Program-made: the position numbers and the translations under genes
Source of the DNA: Raillietiella orientalis
Lineage: Eukaryota
DNA length: 64,000 nucleotides
Direction: 5' to 3'
NCBI GenBank assembly: GCA_036172245.1
Contig: JAYWIR010000030.1
Span: forward strand, 806,001-870,000
Notes under the pieces: generated by a model
What the model saw: the letters and a program-made list of their open reading frames with translations, nothing else
Told to the model about the DNA's origin: nothing
The model's database searches: none
In this document: piece after piece, positions 10,900 through 23,500 of the stretch
How the letters are laid out: every line of letters starts with the position of its first letter
Numbering within the stretch: position 1 is the first letter of the stretch

Positions 10900-13800
10900 G
10901 ATGGAGTCCCGTGTCGTCCGCACCTGAAATTCCTCTGCCTTTCCGTTTGTCGGGGCGGCAGCAGAAGGGAGGAAGGGTCGCTGCTTCGTCCCTGCTTCGA
11001 GATCCTATTGCCGCCTGCCGTCGGGGATGGTTCTGACCCGGGGGGGGGGATGTGCGCAGCTCTCCCTCTTTCTCTTTCCCACTACACGGCAGCGGCGATT
11101 TCCTGCCGGGAACGGCGGGCGTTCCCATCCTCCCCTGGGTGCAGGCGCGTGCGTCCGCCGAAGCTACTTGGCTGAGGGGGCGGGGCGGCCGCCGCCTGCC
11201 GGTCGGCGGGTCGGTCGATGGAGAGGCCGCGCCCTCCTCCGGGGCCGTCCGACCGGCGCGCTCTCGGAGGCGCGGCAGCCTGAGGGAGAAGCGACAACCT
11301 CTGTCGCCTGTCCCTCTCTGTCCCGGCGGCGAGACCACCCGGCCGCTAGCGGATGTGGCGAGCATGCATCCCTCGGTCGCCCCCCCCCCTCCACCGACCT
11401 CTTTCTCCGCGGCCGGACTCGTGGTTGCGCGCGCCCGCGGGGGCGCAGGTCGGGAGGGTAGGAGGAAGGTGCCTGGCAACCGAGTCTCTCCGGCGCGCGT
11501 CGTCGTCCCCCTGGCGAGGCGGGGGCGGGTACTGCCCGACGGACGGATGCGAGGGGAACATCCGCACGACCGGCTGCTGCATCCGCCTTCCGGACGCTCC
11601 CCGCCCTCCGCGGGCGCGTCGCCACGGGATCCTTACGCGTTCCTCTGAGGGCGCCCAGCCGCCGCGCAAGCGTCCTCTCTGTGCCGGTCGCGGCATCAGC
11701 GGCCTCCACCTCCAGACGGTCCCAACGCGAGCTCGTGCTCGCGCGCGCGCGCCCTGCCTGGAGTGACGCCGACGACGGACGAGCACAGGTACACCGCGCC
11801 CGTGCACCGTTTCCTCACCCCTCCCCACGGGCCTGAGCACTACGCAGGGTGCTCAACGCGCGCACGCGTGCGCGTGAGCGATCCCGTCGAGAAGATGGCG
11901 GCATTCCCGCTCTTTGCCAACGGCGCGACCTCGCCAGGAAGAGGAAACGGAACTTCCTTTTCCGCTCTCCAGGAGGGAGGGCGCGGGTCGCGCTTCCATG
12001 GAAACGGGTGAGGGAGGGAGGGAGGGGGAAGACGAGAAGGAACCAGCGAGTCCTTCCTTCCCAGTGCCATATGCCACGGCGCGGCAGCCGCTCGCTCGCG
12101 GGCTCAGGGAACTCCTTCGGCTCCTCCCCCTCCTTCTGCCGGCCATTGCGGGAGCGCTCGAACTGTACCGTCTCTGACCGCCTAACCAGGCGCACCAGCG
12201 GGTCGCTCGCTTCGTCCTCCGGGAAGTCTCTCTGGGATCCCCGCGGCAGCCTCTGTGCACTCTGGCCTGGGGTGAGACGCCGACGCCGACGAGGGCGCTC
12301 CGTTCGCCGCGCCATGTCCGAGAAGGAGCCGCGGGCAGCCATTCGCCTCGCACGACTCCGGGAGCCGGCGCAAGTTCTGCCCTTGCGTGGGTTCTCTGGG
12401 AGCGCGTGGTCGCCGCGGCGCGCACACCTCCCGCTTGCTGGCGACGCTCCCGGCTGCAGCCACTCTCCCCCCGTCGACAGTTTGGGCAGCCCCGCAGGGG
12501 GACGGAGGGAGGGACGGCTGCTTCGTCGATGCTTGCGGTGAGCGAGCGAACGCGCCCGCACCCCAACCCCCGGCAGCTTTTCCGACGCGAAGTTTGCCTT
12601 TCCCCAACATTGCGCGCGCGCCGATGGCGCATGCGCAGCTTCGAACCGGGTGCGTGTCCGAGCGGGAAAAGCTCAATCTCGCGCAGGCGCGCTCGTTCGC
12701 CCGTTTCCGGTCTCCTGGAGACGTCGCGTTCAGCACGGCCGTTTGCTGCTCCCAGTTGGGTCCCGCCCTCCTCGGAGACTCCCTCCGCGCCGGGAGAACC
12801 ACACGAGCAGAGGCGCAGGGCAAGAACTGGGGACGCACCTGCCCGGCTGGGAGGCCGCTCTCCCCAGGTTTCCGGACCGGAGGACGCCTCGCCCTCCTAC
12901 TGGTGTTCCAGAGAGAGGCCTGGCTCCGCTTTCCTTCGCCCCTGCCCCACGGCTCGGGAAGGCCGCGCTTAATACGACCTCGCCTTCGAGGAAGCATTGC
13001 CCCAGGGCTTCCGCCGACCGAACGACCAGCGGCACGACCTTCTCACCCTCGTGGCATCCGCGAGGCAAAGACAAAGACCGCGAGATGGCGCGAAGGAGGC
13101 CGAGCTAGTCGCGCTCGGACCTGTGAGGGTGGTCCTTTCCTCCCTCTTCCCCGGGAACGGGCTCTCGGAAAGAGATCCTCGACGTGCGGAACGAGGACAC
13201 CGCATGAGCGAGGTCTACGAATCCAAACAGGCGGACCGCGCTCCGTAGAGAGTGCGCGTTTCCAAGGGCGACAGCCGAACCGACTGGGATCCGCCGCTGG
13301 CCTCGCGGCAACCGGGAGGGAAAAGCCGAGGGACGCGTCCCGCGGGCGCGGAGAGAAAGAGGGGGGGGGAGACAAACCCGGGCAGAGCGAACGCCCGGAG
13401 CAAGGCCGGAGGATCCGGGAAGCGACTTCCGCCGCGTTTCTCCCCCTCCCCTCCCCCATCCGAAGCGGGTCAGACGACGTGCGCATCAGGTTTCCGCAGC
13501 ACGCGACCGACTCGCGCGCGCGGGCGTGCGCGCATGGAACGCATGTCCGCGAGGGACCGTTCGCGGAGGAGCGGGCGTTGGCCCGAGACCAGCCGATGGG
13601 AGTACGCGCCAGTCGGTCACGACGACGGTTCCCTCCCAGCCCAGGGGCGGAGCGTCGCCCTCCGCCGTTACGGAGCGCGGGAGCAACGGCGATCCCCATC
13701 CCAGCCTGCTCGAGTACCGGGAGAGGAAGGGCCTGCGCCAGGGGGCTTCCGTCCGCGGGAAGAGCGTGCGACGCGCCGCCGCCGCTCCGTCGCCCGCGGT

Positions 13801-14500
13801 TGCGCGCGCGCGCGAGGCCACGCCCGACTGCCGCCGACATTCCCTAGCGAGCGGGGAGGAGGGGGGGGGGGGAACAGACGCGTTGGCGGTCGCTCGGCGA
13901 CGCCAAGGTCGTTTCCGTCCGGTCATTTCGCTTGCAGGGCCCCTGAGGCGCCGCCTGCCTTCAGAGCCACCTTCTGCCCTCGGTGCGAGCACTCTACGAG
14001 GAGGAGGAGGATGGCTGGCGAGAATTCGGAGGACCCCCGCAGTCGCGAGGGAGGGCCCTCGCGGGTATCCGACGGGCTCGTCGGCGGGTGGGTGGCGCCA
14101 GGCCGTGGGGACAACGGCGCAGCGTCGCGACTTCGCAGGCTCCCGCTGGACAGCGGAGGAAGGTCTGCAGCAGGGGAGGTCACGACGGAGACCCGCGTCC
14201 CGCGGCGCGACGGTCGCCGAGACGGTTGGGGGACTTCAGTGGCGGTGGTGCCTACCCACGGCGCACCCGAGAACAAGGGAGGGTGCGACCGCCCTTGAAC
14301 AGTGACCTGCGGGCACGACAGCCCCGACCTCGCTCCTGTAGGAGAGCTCCCGAATTCGACAGCCAGAACGGAGCCGGCCCCAGTAGGGGACTCCTCGGAA
14401 AAGGGACTTCCCTTGGGTTCGGCGACTCCATCGCGAGGGAGTGCCAAACAGAGAAGCCCCGGGCGGAAAGGTCCAAAGATGAAAGCATCTCTGGATGGCA
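10900..14500 (-). mobile_element. Long, heavily diverged GC-rich L1/Tx1-type LINE
   Basis: Tx1 ORF1-like VEFGSS...VTVQGRSHPPL...TEVP (14400-14230) followed in the expected order by RT N-terminal remnants (EGEVVLSAAFP; ARLSFSRSDTHPVRSCACAIGAR) at 13050-12500. Boundaries approximate. Confidence 0.45.
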
Positions 14501-15184
14501 ACGAAAGAGGGAAGAAGAGGGAGAAATATCTTCAAGAGTCCCTCGTGCCGCTTCACCGGGAGGGAATACGCTCCCAGCTGGCTACGCGGCCTCTGGCCAG
14601 TCAGGGTGGCCAGGTTCTCTCTCTCTGCTTGCTCCTTTGCTGCCTGTCGGGCATGGCGGCGGCGGCGGCGGCGGCGGCGGCGAGATCAACATCTCGAAGA
14701 CGAGCGGCCACCACGATCGTCGCCGTCTCGGTCTCTTCTCACCCCCGCGCCAACCACACACATGGAAAACGGAACTGTCAAAACGCAAAAAAAAAACACA
14801 ACAAAAAAACAAACAAAAAAAAAAAAAAAAAAAAACGAAAAAGGAGCAGCGATCCATGCCATCGATCACGGGGCAAACGAGCACACCACTCCCAGAAGAT
14901 TGTTCCAGACAAGCTGAAGAAGGAATGCGGAGTCGCCTCTTTCCCTCGAGTCAGATGTTTGACGACAGGTTCGAAAAACAACTCACCAGGACTGGATTTG
15001 TCCACGCAGCCACTGGCGGGGCGGGTCCTCCAGCACGGGGTGCAAGCAAACAAGCAAAAGAAAAGCAATAGAAAAAAAGGAAAAAGGAAGAGGCTAGACG
15101 GACCGGGAAAGTCCCGTTTGCACAAGCGCCGCAGAGCCAGTCAGCGAATTCCCCCACGGCAAACTCTTCACGTAATCCGGTAAC

Positions 15185-15220
<36 letters not shown>

Positions 15221-15577
15221 CAAACACAACGAGGCGCGCTAATTAGTCCAATCAGATGCATGGCGAACAACAGGAGTGCCATATTCGATTTTCGTAATTA
15301 GGATAATTTGCTTGACGAAGAACGCCTAGCGCGGCGTCGACGAGTGGGTTGTTAAGGACGAGGGAGCACGTGATCCAGAGCATCTAGAGAGGGAGACTGT
15401 CCTTTCACTTCAGCTGGACCTGCAGCTTTCGCATGTTGCACTACTTTTCGATACGGTACATCAAGTAGGTACTACTGGCGTCGCAATGGGGAAAGCATAT
15501 TCTAATCATGCAAAATCTCTCGCCCTCCTCTTTTTCCCACGTGGAAGCGGAAAGTCATGCTATGCGACGAGCTGCTG

Positions 15578-15760
15578 TCATTCCAAACGACGAAGAGATT
15601 CCTCCTCTCTTCCCCATGCTGCCTTGGTAATGCGCTTCGTGAGCGCAACCTGTAGATGACTGCGGACATCCTGTACCGGTGGAGATGCTCCGGGGCATTT
15701 CGTTTTCCTATACGCAAGATAGCGGCTACGATTAACGACATCCTCCAGCATCCCCCCCCC
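15578..15760 (-). mobile_element. LINE ORF2 C-terminal remnant
   Basis: RYLAYRKTK...LQVALTKRI resembles L1/Tx1 ORF2 termini; weak. Confidence 0.3.
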
Positions 15761-18700
15761 CCGCTCTCTGCGATCCCCTGTCCGCATTTTTCACACGCGG
15801 ATTACGATCCGAGAGCGTTTTATTATCTTTACATAACAAAGTTCGCTGCAGGTTTATCTGGAAACAAACAGCGGTGGCAACGCACCACTTTTTACCTCTT
15901 ACCCGCGAGGAAGAAGTGAACATACGGCACGCATCTGAGAAGCAACCCTCGAGGGGCGGATGGCACGCAGCGGGCACGCTTGGAGCGCGCGGCGCCGCCC
16001 AAGTGGGGCCTCAACCGCAAGAGGTGCAATGCCCGTGGCGGAGTCGGATGCAAAAAAGGGGAAGAAAGAGGATTTCCTCCGCTTGTTCATCGTCTACCGG
16101 TGGGATCTGGTTCGCGTTCGCCGCCGCCGCCGCCGCTGCTGTTGTTGTTGTTGTTTTTCGCCCCCCCCCTCCCCCCTCTCTTCGGGGAGGAGGGAGGGGG
16201 AGCAGGCAACCCTCGGAGGAAACGCGCCCGGCATTTGCGGTGCGACTCGCGGTCGCCGGGCCGCCCGAAGATACTTTTTTCCGCCGCCGACTCGCCGTTC
16301 CGTCCCGCCGGCCATCCACGCACTCGCTCGCACGCACGCACCTCCCCTGCCCCCCCCCCAACCCCCAGGCTGCGACGTGGACTCGCCCGCGATCGTGCGA
16401 AATCACGAGGCGGTGGTGGTTCCGTGTGTACCTCTCGCACGCTCGCGGGCCCGCGGACGGCGGCGCGGCTGCCGAGCGGTGGTTACGTGTGCGACGCGAC
16501 GCAGCGGTCGGTTCGGAACGCACGGCGAGAAAGGAGGAGAGGAAAAAAAAAAGAAAAAAAAAAAAACGGAAAGAAAACGGAAAAAAGTTGCATAAGTGTA
16601 GCATTTGTGTGTGGATTTCTCGGCTTTTCGTTGTTGTTGTTGTTGTTGTTTTCATTTTTTTTTTTTTTTTTTTTTTTTTTCCATTTTTCCTTTACCGATT
16701 GGGTCGTCGTGAATCGGATTTGGAAAAATTTCGGACGCTTGCTTGTGAATCCATGTTTGCCTTTTTGTGGTGCAGATTATGTGATTGATCCAGTGCCAGA
16801 GGAAAAGAGAGAGGGAGAGAGGAGAAAAAATTGCGTTCAGCCGGCTTTACTGGTGTGGTGTTTTTGTTTACCGGCATACAGTGTTAGGAACGGCGCAAAA
16901 TGCTAATCCAAGTGGAACTCGTCATGGATCCCAATTCGGATGCAGGGGAATGCTAGCCAAACTGCATTCCAAAGGTAAGGATGCACTTTTTGTCATCCAA
17001 GCTCACAACTGCTGTTCACATTTATGACTTTGACCTGCATTTGCCGTGGTCGCTGCACCGGGTTTCGTTCTTGACGCACCTCGTGAGCATTGGTTTCGAA
17101 GCCTCGTAATTCAGGCCTGCTGCTTTGCAGATCTCTTGCCACGCGTCCCGAGACCGAGAAACACGCGTGCATGCATGACGAGGTCCTCCGCGGGGTTCGA
17201 TTCGAGAGTGGTCGTCGTTGCCATGGCACCCCCTCGTCTCCTGAGCCTCGGCAGGCCCACCCTCGCATCCCGGGCGCGCCAGGCGTGTAAAAGTGGCGAT
17301 TCCGGTCCGCGCTGGATTGCTTGTCCACGGCCACCCCACAAACCAGCCAAGAAACGTATCGAAAAATCCAACCACCTTGGAATGTAAGCAGTGAGTGAGT
17401 GGCCTTTGGGGAAGTGAAAACGCTTTTCAACATTCTTTACTTCGTAATGGTTATGAGCAGTGTTGGGCTGCACTTTCCGCTTTTGTTTGTGACGGTTTTT
17501 TTTGCTTCTTTTGCTAATTTGCTTTTCTTTTTCTTTTTTCTTTCTTTTTTTTTTTTTTTTTTTGAGAAAAAAAAAAAAAAACTGCTCTGTGCAAGACTGC
17601 GACAACAGCGACCGTGACGTCCATCGTTCGAACCTTTTCCTTTGACTGGAATCATCCATCGAACAACTCTTTGTGCTCCCATTCAAGAAAAGCAATAAAT
17701 GATTAGGATACTCATGAGATGTTAATGGTTTTACTGGGAAGAAATCGATTAATGCCCGTCCTTTGTTTTGGGAATCTCTCGTGCATACTAATTTGCATTA
17801 TGTGGCTGCTTGCAAGAATGTAGTGGAAGAGGTCCAGCGTTCGCAGGGACTGTCGTCTTCCTTTCACGTTACGGAAGAAGAAAAAAATTTCCCCCCTTTT
17901 TCTTTCCTTCCTTCTTGTTGGGAGTGATCGGAAATCCTTCTCTGTGGAAGAAGACCTTACTGTAATCGCGGTCGGCACTCTGATCCTTCAGGAGCGGTTC
18001 CACGAGGTCCCTGAGCGGACCGAGAAAGGGGGGGGAGCACGGTCAGAAAAAGGATGCTGCACGGATGTTGGTTCGCCGTGCCCGATCGTTCCTTTGGTTC
18101 TCGTGACCGAGTCTTTGGCATCCTCCCGCCCTGCGTTGCCGTGTCAACGAGCAGTGCCAGGCGAAGAGGTGTGACAGTTCTCGACTCGGATGGTAGGGCC
18201 GTGCCAGGTCGCCCACCTTCGCCGGGGTGGTGGGATGTGCTCCCATCTCGGCTGCAATTCGAATTTCATTTGTGATTGCTGAATCCATTGATATTTGATA
18301 CCGGATCCAGGAAACCCCTGAGCTGGAAGCGGACAATAACAAACTTCGGCACTTGATCTTGGGCTGTGCGGATGTGACATTGAATGGATTTTCCTTGATA
18401 ATTTATGCTGCGTAAGATTCCATTTTCTGTTTTCCAAGACCTGGAGGTAAGGAGCACACGAAAAGAGATATTTCATTATTTATCGACCCGTGTTTTCCTT
18501 CCTTCCTTTTTTTTTTTTTTTTTTCTTTCCCGGCTTCGCCTCCCCTCGCTCCTGAATGTTTTAGCGGGCTGCAGGAGATGCCGGGGGGGGGGGGGCGACT
18601 TGGCCCTCTGCACCGTCCTTTGTGTGCGTGTGTATGTGTGTGTTTGCTTGTGTTTGCGTGGCAGGTTCTGTGCTGTTTTCTGTTTCCTTGGCATCTTAGT

Positions 18701-20599
18701 GCGGCTGCAAAGCCCGGAATCCAACGTGCTCTTTGTGCAAAGATCATTCGGTGGAAACATCATGTGTACGCAAACTCGTGGGGGCCCCGGGCCCTCCGTG
18801 TTAGCCTTTTCTAATTAGTGTACCTTGTGGGACAGGTAATCGGCAATACTGCGTGGATTAGTTCTTCGTCTGTAGCGGGAGGAGTTCGTGCACACGAAAC
18901 GGGATTTTTATGGAACTGTGGTATCTTTGGCATCACTCGACGTTGATAAGGACGTTGGCTGCGAATGGTTATGGTGCCTGGCAACGTAGTGAGCGGGGCC
19001 AGGTGATTCCGGAGCGCGGCTGCTGCTTGCTGTATCTCCGAGGCAACATCGGGTGACGCTCTCGAGAACGCACGCGGCGTTTCCTCAGATAAATCTTGCA
19101 TCGCTCTCTTCCTTTGTTTCAAGAATTCCGTTGGAACAAAAAAAGAGAGAGAGAAAGAGAGGAGAAAAGCACAGTGTTTATGCGATATATGAAATTCGCC
19201 ATTTTGTATTCTTTCAATCACCACTTTGTTTATCCTCGGTTTCGAAAATCCCTTGCCTTGCGTATTTGCCCACCGTCAGGTCTCGACGGAGTGTTTTGCT
19301 GATGGCGTAACTCGTGCTGTGGATCCGATGCCAGAAGATTGGTCGGCCGGAGTCCCTCTGATCCGAAGCGTGGCGCATCCGGTCCAGGGAGCCGGAATTC
19401 GCACGCGGACGTGTAGCTCGTGGGTGTAGAATTCGGTGCGGTCCACCGGCTGGGGAAACCTTTCCGTCCAGGTAACGCTGGGCGACGGCATTTTTGGTTT
19501 TTTTTTTCCCCGACCAGTCCAAGAGTCCGTGGTCCTACTTGTACTGATTGTAGGTCGAAACCTCGAGCTTGAAGGATAAAGAGGGCGATTTCGCCATTAC
19601 CTGTGGAAGCAGCGAAATCGCGCTCTTTTAAAGCTTCGGTTTCTTGTGTGAAGAGTATGTCGAACCTCTGGGGCTCAGTGATGAAGCATCGAGGGGGAGA
19701 GTCAAATTGCATAAAAGGAACCAGTTTTACGGAACCCATTACAAAGGAACATCCTTCTTTTTCTTTTTCTTTTTCTTTTTTTTTTTAACCTTCTGTGCGT
19801 CTTTCAAGCGAAAGGAAGCTTCCAAGCGAGGTTAGTATGGGAGGAGAGGGTCGGGTGCAGGAGCGAGTTCAACGGCACCGAAGCTTTCTCCTGCCGCTGG
19901 ACGATTTGGACCTGTGGTCGCATTCACTCGGAGGTGAAGAGTTTCCAGTGTCGAAAAGGGTGAAGCCTCATCTTATTTGCCTTTCTTCCGGAATAACGAG
20001 TCCAAGAACTGACGGGTTCCGCTCCTGGGAGGGGCCTCTTGTAAATTCTTTGGAAGAGTGATCGATGAGGAAGATAGATGACGGCTGGATTCATAGATGA
20101 CGCATGTTGTTGAAACGAATGAAATTGCATCATGTCATTGGATCGTTGACACAGCAAGAAAGATATATCCATGTCGATGTGAAACGTGGGAGAGGCAGTC
20201 TTTCGGAATGATACGACACACTTTTATCTCTTGCCTGATAAAAAGAAAAGGAAAGAAAAGTGCGATCTTTCGCGGGGAGGCTTGCGACGTATGTCAAAAT
20301 ATCGGGAGACGAGCGTCCAGTGTGAGAGGAAGATAATGTCTTGACATCTTGCATGTATAAGATATGGAACACCGTGGAGCGGCAGCAAGCTGGTGCCGGC
20401 CGTCAAATATTTCACAGCACGCCGTTACTGTGCGTTTTATGTGGCATATGTGCTGCAGCAGCACATGCGTCTGCCCGGAAGTTGCACAAGTTACGAACAC
20501 ACGACCGTTTGTGCACTAATGACTACTTGTTACCGCAGGCATCACGTGCGACTCGCACAAGGCACGCTTAAGCGCGTCTTTTCGTAAGCGTGTTGTTGG

Positions 20600-23500
20600 G
20601 ACCGCTCGGTTTGTCGTTCCTTCCGTGGACCACGTGACTCGCCTTCCCTTCGGTGGGATACGCAACCTCCAAGTTGAGGCATCGCAAAGAGGGGATACTC
20701 GCCATTCCGACCATTCTTTCCACGGGCCGCCCTGGGTGGGTTGCTATGCTGCTGGTGAGCGGATGCCTGCTTTCAACCTGCTCGACGGGATGTTCGCGGC
20801 ACAGCACTGGTGACGTGAACATCCCGTTGTTGCAGCGTCTTTTAGCCTCAGCAGGAAGAGCCGCTTCGAGACTTTCAGTGTCTGCTGTTGTCCGGATGTG
20901 TCTCTCCCCCGTACTTGACAACAGCGCCGGCACCTCCCAACCCGTGGGACTTGCTTGCTTCGGACAGGGGGATTTGTGGAACCCCCAAGTGCCGTGTTGT
21001 CAGGTCCCTCGCGGCACCCATTTAGGGTTACTGACGTGATGTAGATGTTCAGATGATGAGCTTGGAAGAGAGGCCGAAATTTATAGTTGACATGGCGTTT
21101 TAGGTCCCGTTGAAACGTAAGTGCAATTTGAAATTGTATCACGTGATTGATCGTGTCTCTGTGATTGATTGATCGACACTCGTGATGACCTTTCTGGGCT
21201 TTGCGTTTGTTCATTACGAGTGACGGACGCGGCCTTTTGCCCGTCGTGCATTCGTGCGGTGTCTCTGTACACTAAGGTGTTACGCAGACGTTGCAGGGTC
21301 TCTTGTGCCCTTTTGACGAACATTTCATTGGATCGTTCAGGAGCAGTGTAGAAATAGCGATGTGGATGTCACTAATTAGGGACGGACTTTTTTTTCTTAA
21401 ACACTCCCCAGTTGCCTGGAATGATTCCAGCAATGCCCAGTGCCCTCGATGGTTCGGGAGCGGTTCTGTAATGTTTTACTCTTCGATGTTTAGTCGCGCA
21501 AGTCAGTCTTCTGCCTTGTGTTGCTGGAATGTTTCCCTCTTTTCCGTGCTCTTTCATTTTGGAAAGTACAGCGCCACTTTGGTTACTCTGGCAGTTATCT
21601 TTGTCTGGCAGCATGTCCTCTTTACTGATGCTGAGTGTTTCAACTAATCGGCAGCGGAAATGAGGTACCTTTTTCGCATGCAGGGATTGAGCACAAGATA
21701 TGCTAAACGCCTAAAGTATCACGCAATTGACGAGTCATTGTGACCGATGTTACCAGCAGCAAGAAAGCGCGCACAAGGGGAGGCGGGGGGGGGGGGGGGG
21801 GTTGGTACTTTTCCATGCGATTCTGGCAAGTGTGCTTGTTCTTTCTCACGAGAGATCGAAAGTGCTTGTCGAGGAAGTTTTCTTCTGGTAATGCCGCGCT
21901 GAGCCTGATTGCGTGGAGGACTTCTCATGTGGGCTGGTTCTGCACTTCCCTCCCGTAAACAACCAGCGGTCTGAAGGAGAGTTTGGCTGCTTTTGCTCTC
22001 TTCCAGATCAGCTGTCGTGACGCTGCGTAGCTCTCTTAATTTCTCCATCGTTCGCTTTCAAGACGTCGTTGCGAGATAGGAGTTACTGGGAGAGCTGCTG
22101 CTTTTCGGGTTTCCCAGCCTCTCGTCGTTGTCGCCCGTCTGCGTGTCAGACCGCAGCTCTGCCACCCGAGCCACTCACTCCTCCTGCGCGTGGTCGAGTC
22201 ATCCCATCCACTTCGGAGTCTGCCCTCCGAACGAGCGGAGGGTTGCGTTGTGTCGGGGTTCCTGGACGCGCCGAGGCGCAAACACGAAGAAGCAAAAGCA
22301 GGAAATCTCCTGAAGATTTTTCCTCGGGAAGCGGGTCACAACTTTCAAACATCGGCCCGGGTGTTTTTGCCCATCGCCTTCTTTTCACTGGCTGTCGGTT
22401 GCTTGGAGTGTTATTGTCATGTTCCTTGCATAGGAAAAGCAGCAGCCTTCTGGGCTTACAAAGCTCTTGAGATGTCGGGTGCGCCACGTGAGTTGTGGAT
22501 TTGTGTGGGCGAGGAGAGACACACTATTTTTTGTCTGATGTTAGGAATCGAAGGGTGAAACGCAAAGGGGGGGAGCTCCTGGGACGCATCGGCCTCTTTT
22601 CCGTCGGACAAGTTGTTTCCATCCCACGAAACCTCATCTGTCTTTCACGCAAAAGCTCTTCACGAAGTGTGCTGATTCTTGCAAAGCTCTGCGCGACCAC
22701 CACATCGTTTCTTATTCTTTCGGAGGAACAAGCGTGCGTGCTTGCGTCCCGGATGGTTCCTTTAGCGGGAGGACCCACCTAGCTGCGTCCTCACTCGGAT
22801 TTGCATGGTCGCTCAAAGTTTTCTCAGGCGCAAGAGACCGTGATTCGCGCGAACGATTGAGAGATCCTGAAGAAGTGCATCTGGTGAGTCCCATTCCGGT
22901 TCCGTTCCTCCCTGCACTCCGAACGAGACAAATCAGGTCCGTGTGCATCTATTCGACAATCAGTCAGGCTCTCTGAGATTTGCAGTGCCGCATCCCTCGG
23001 ATGGGGGGGGGGGGGGGAGGTTCTCACTAAATGTGCTTCCCGCCGAACTAATCAACCTAATGCATCCGCACGTAGTCTTTTCCTGCCGTTATCTGGAGCC
23101 CTGCGGATCGATCGAATTTTCTGCGCATAAAAAGAGAAGAAAAGGCAAAAACACAAAAACAAAGGTTTCTCCACTTGTGGGCCGAATTTTCTTCCGGTTC
23201 CGGAGTTGACGTTCCTCAAGGTAGACCCAGCCGACTGCGTTCGTGCTGGGACTTTGTGTTTGTACCCCATTTGTAGTTTTTCGGCATGTGCGCTGAGCAA
23301 GCTCTCGCCTTGCAGTTGCGTGAAATGAATGCTTCCCGGATCGGTGTTTTGCGCATTCGCAGACTCCCGTCTCCCAGCGCCGTTCGCTCGAATGCACGCG
23401 TGCTTCCATCTGGTGTCCAGCCGCCGAACACGTCACCTTCCGAGCTCTCCCTCGAAGTCCAGCGCCAGCAAACGCTTCCTTGGGGCATGTCCGGCGAGCA

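Noticed and set aside
10787..15183. Many long overlapping ORFs of 200-486 aa
   Set aside because: Arg/Pro/Gly/Ala-rich in all six frames, as expected from very high GC; no coherent protein beyond LINE remnants.
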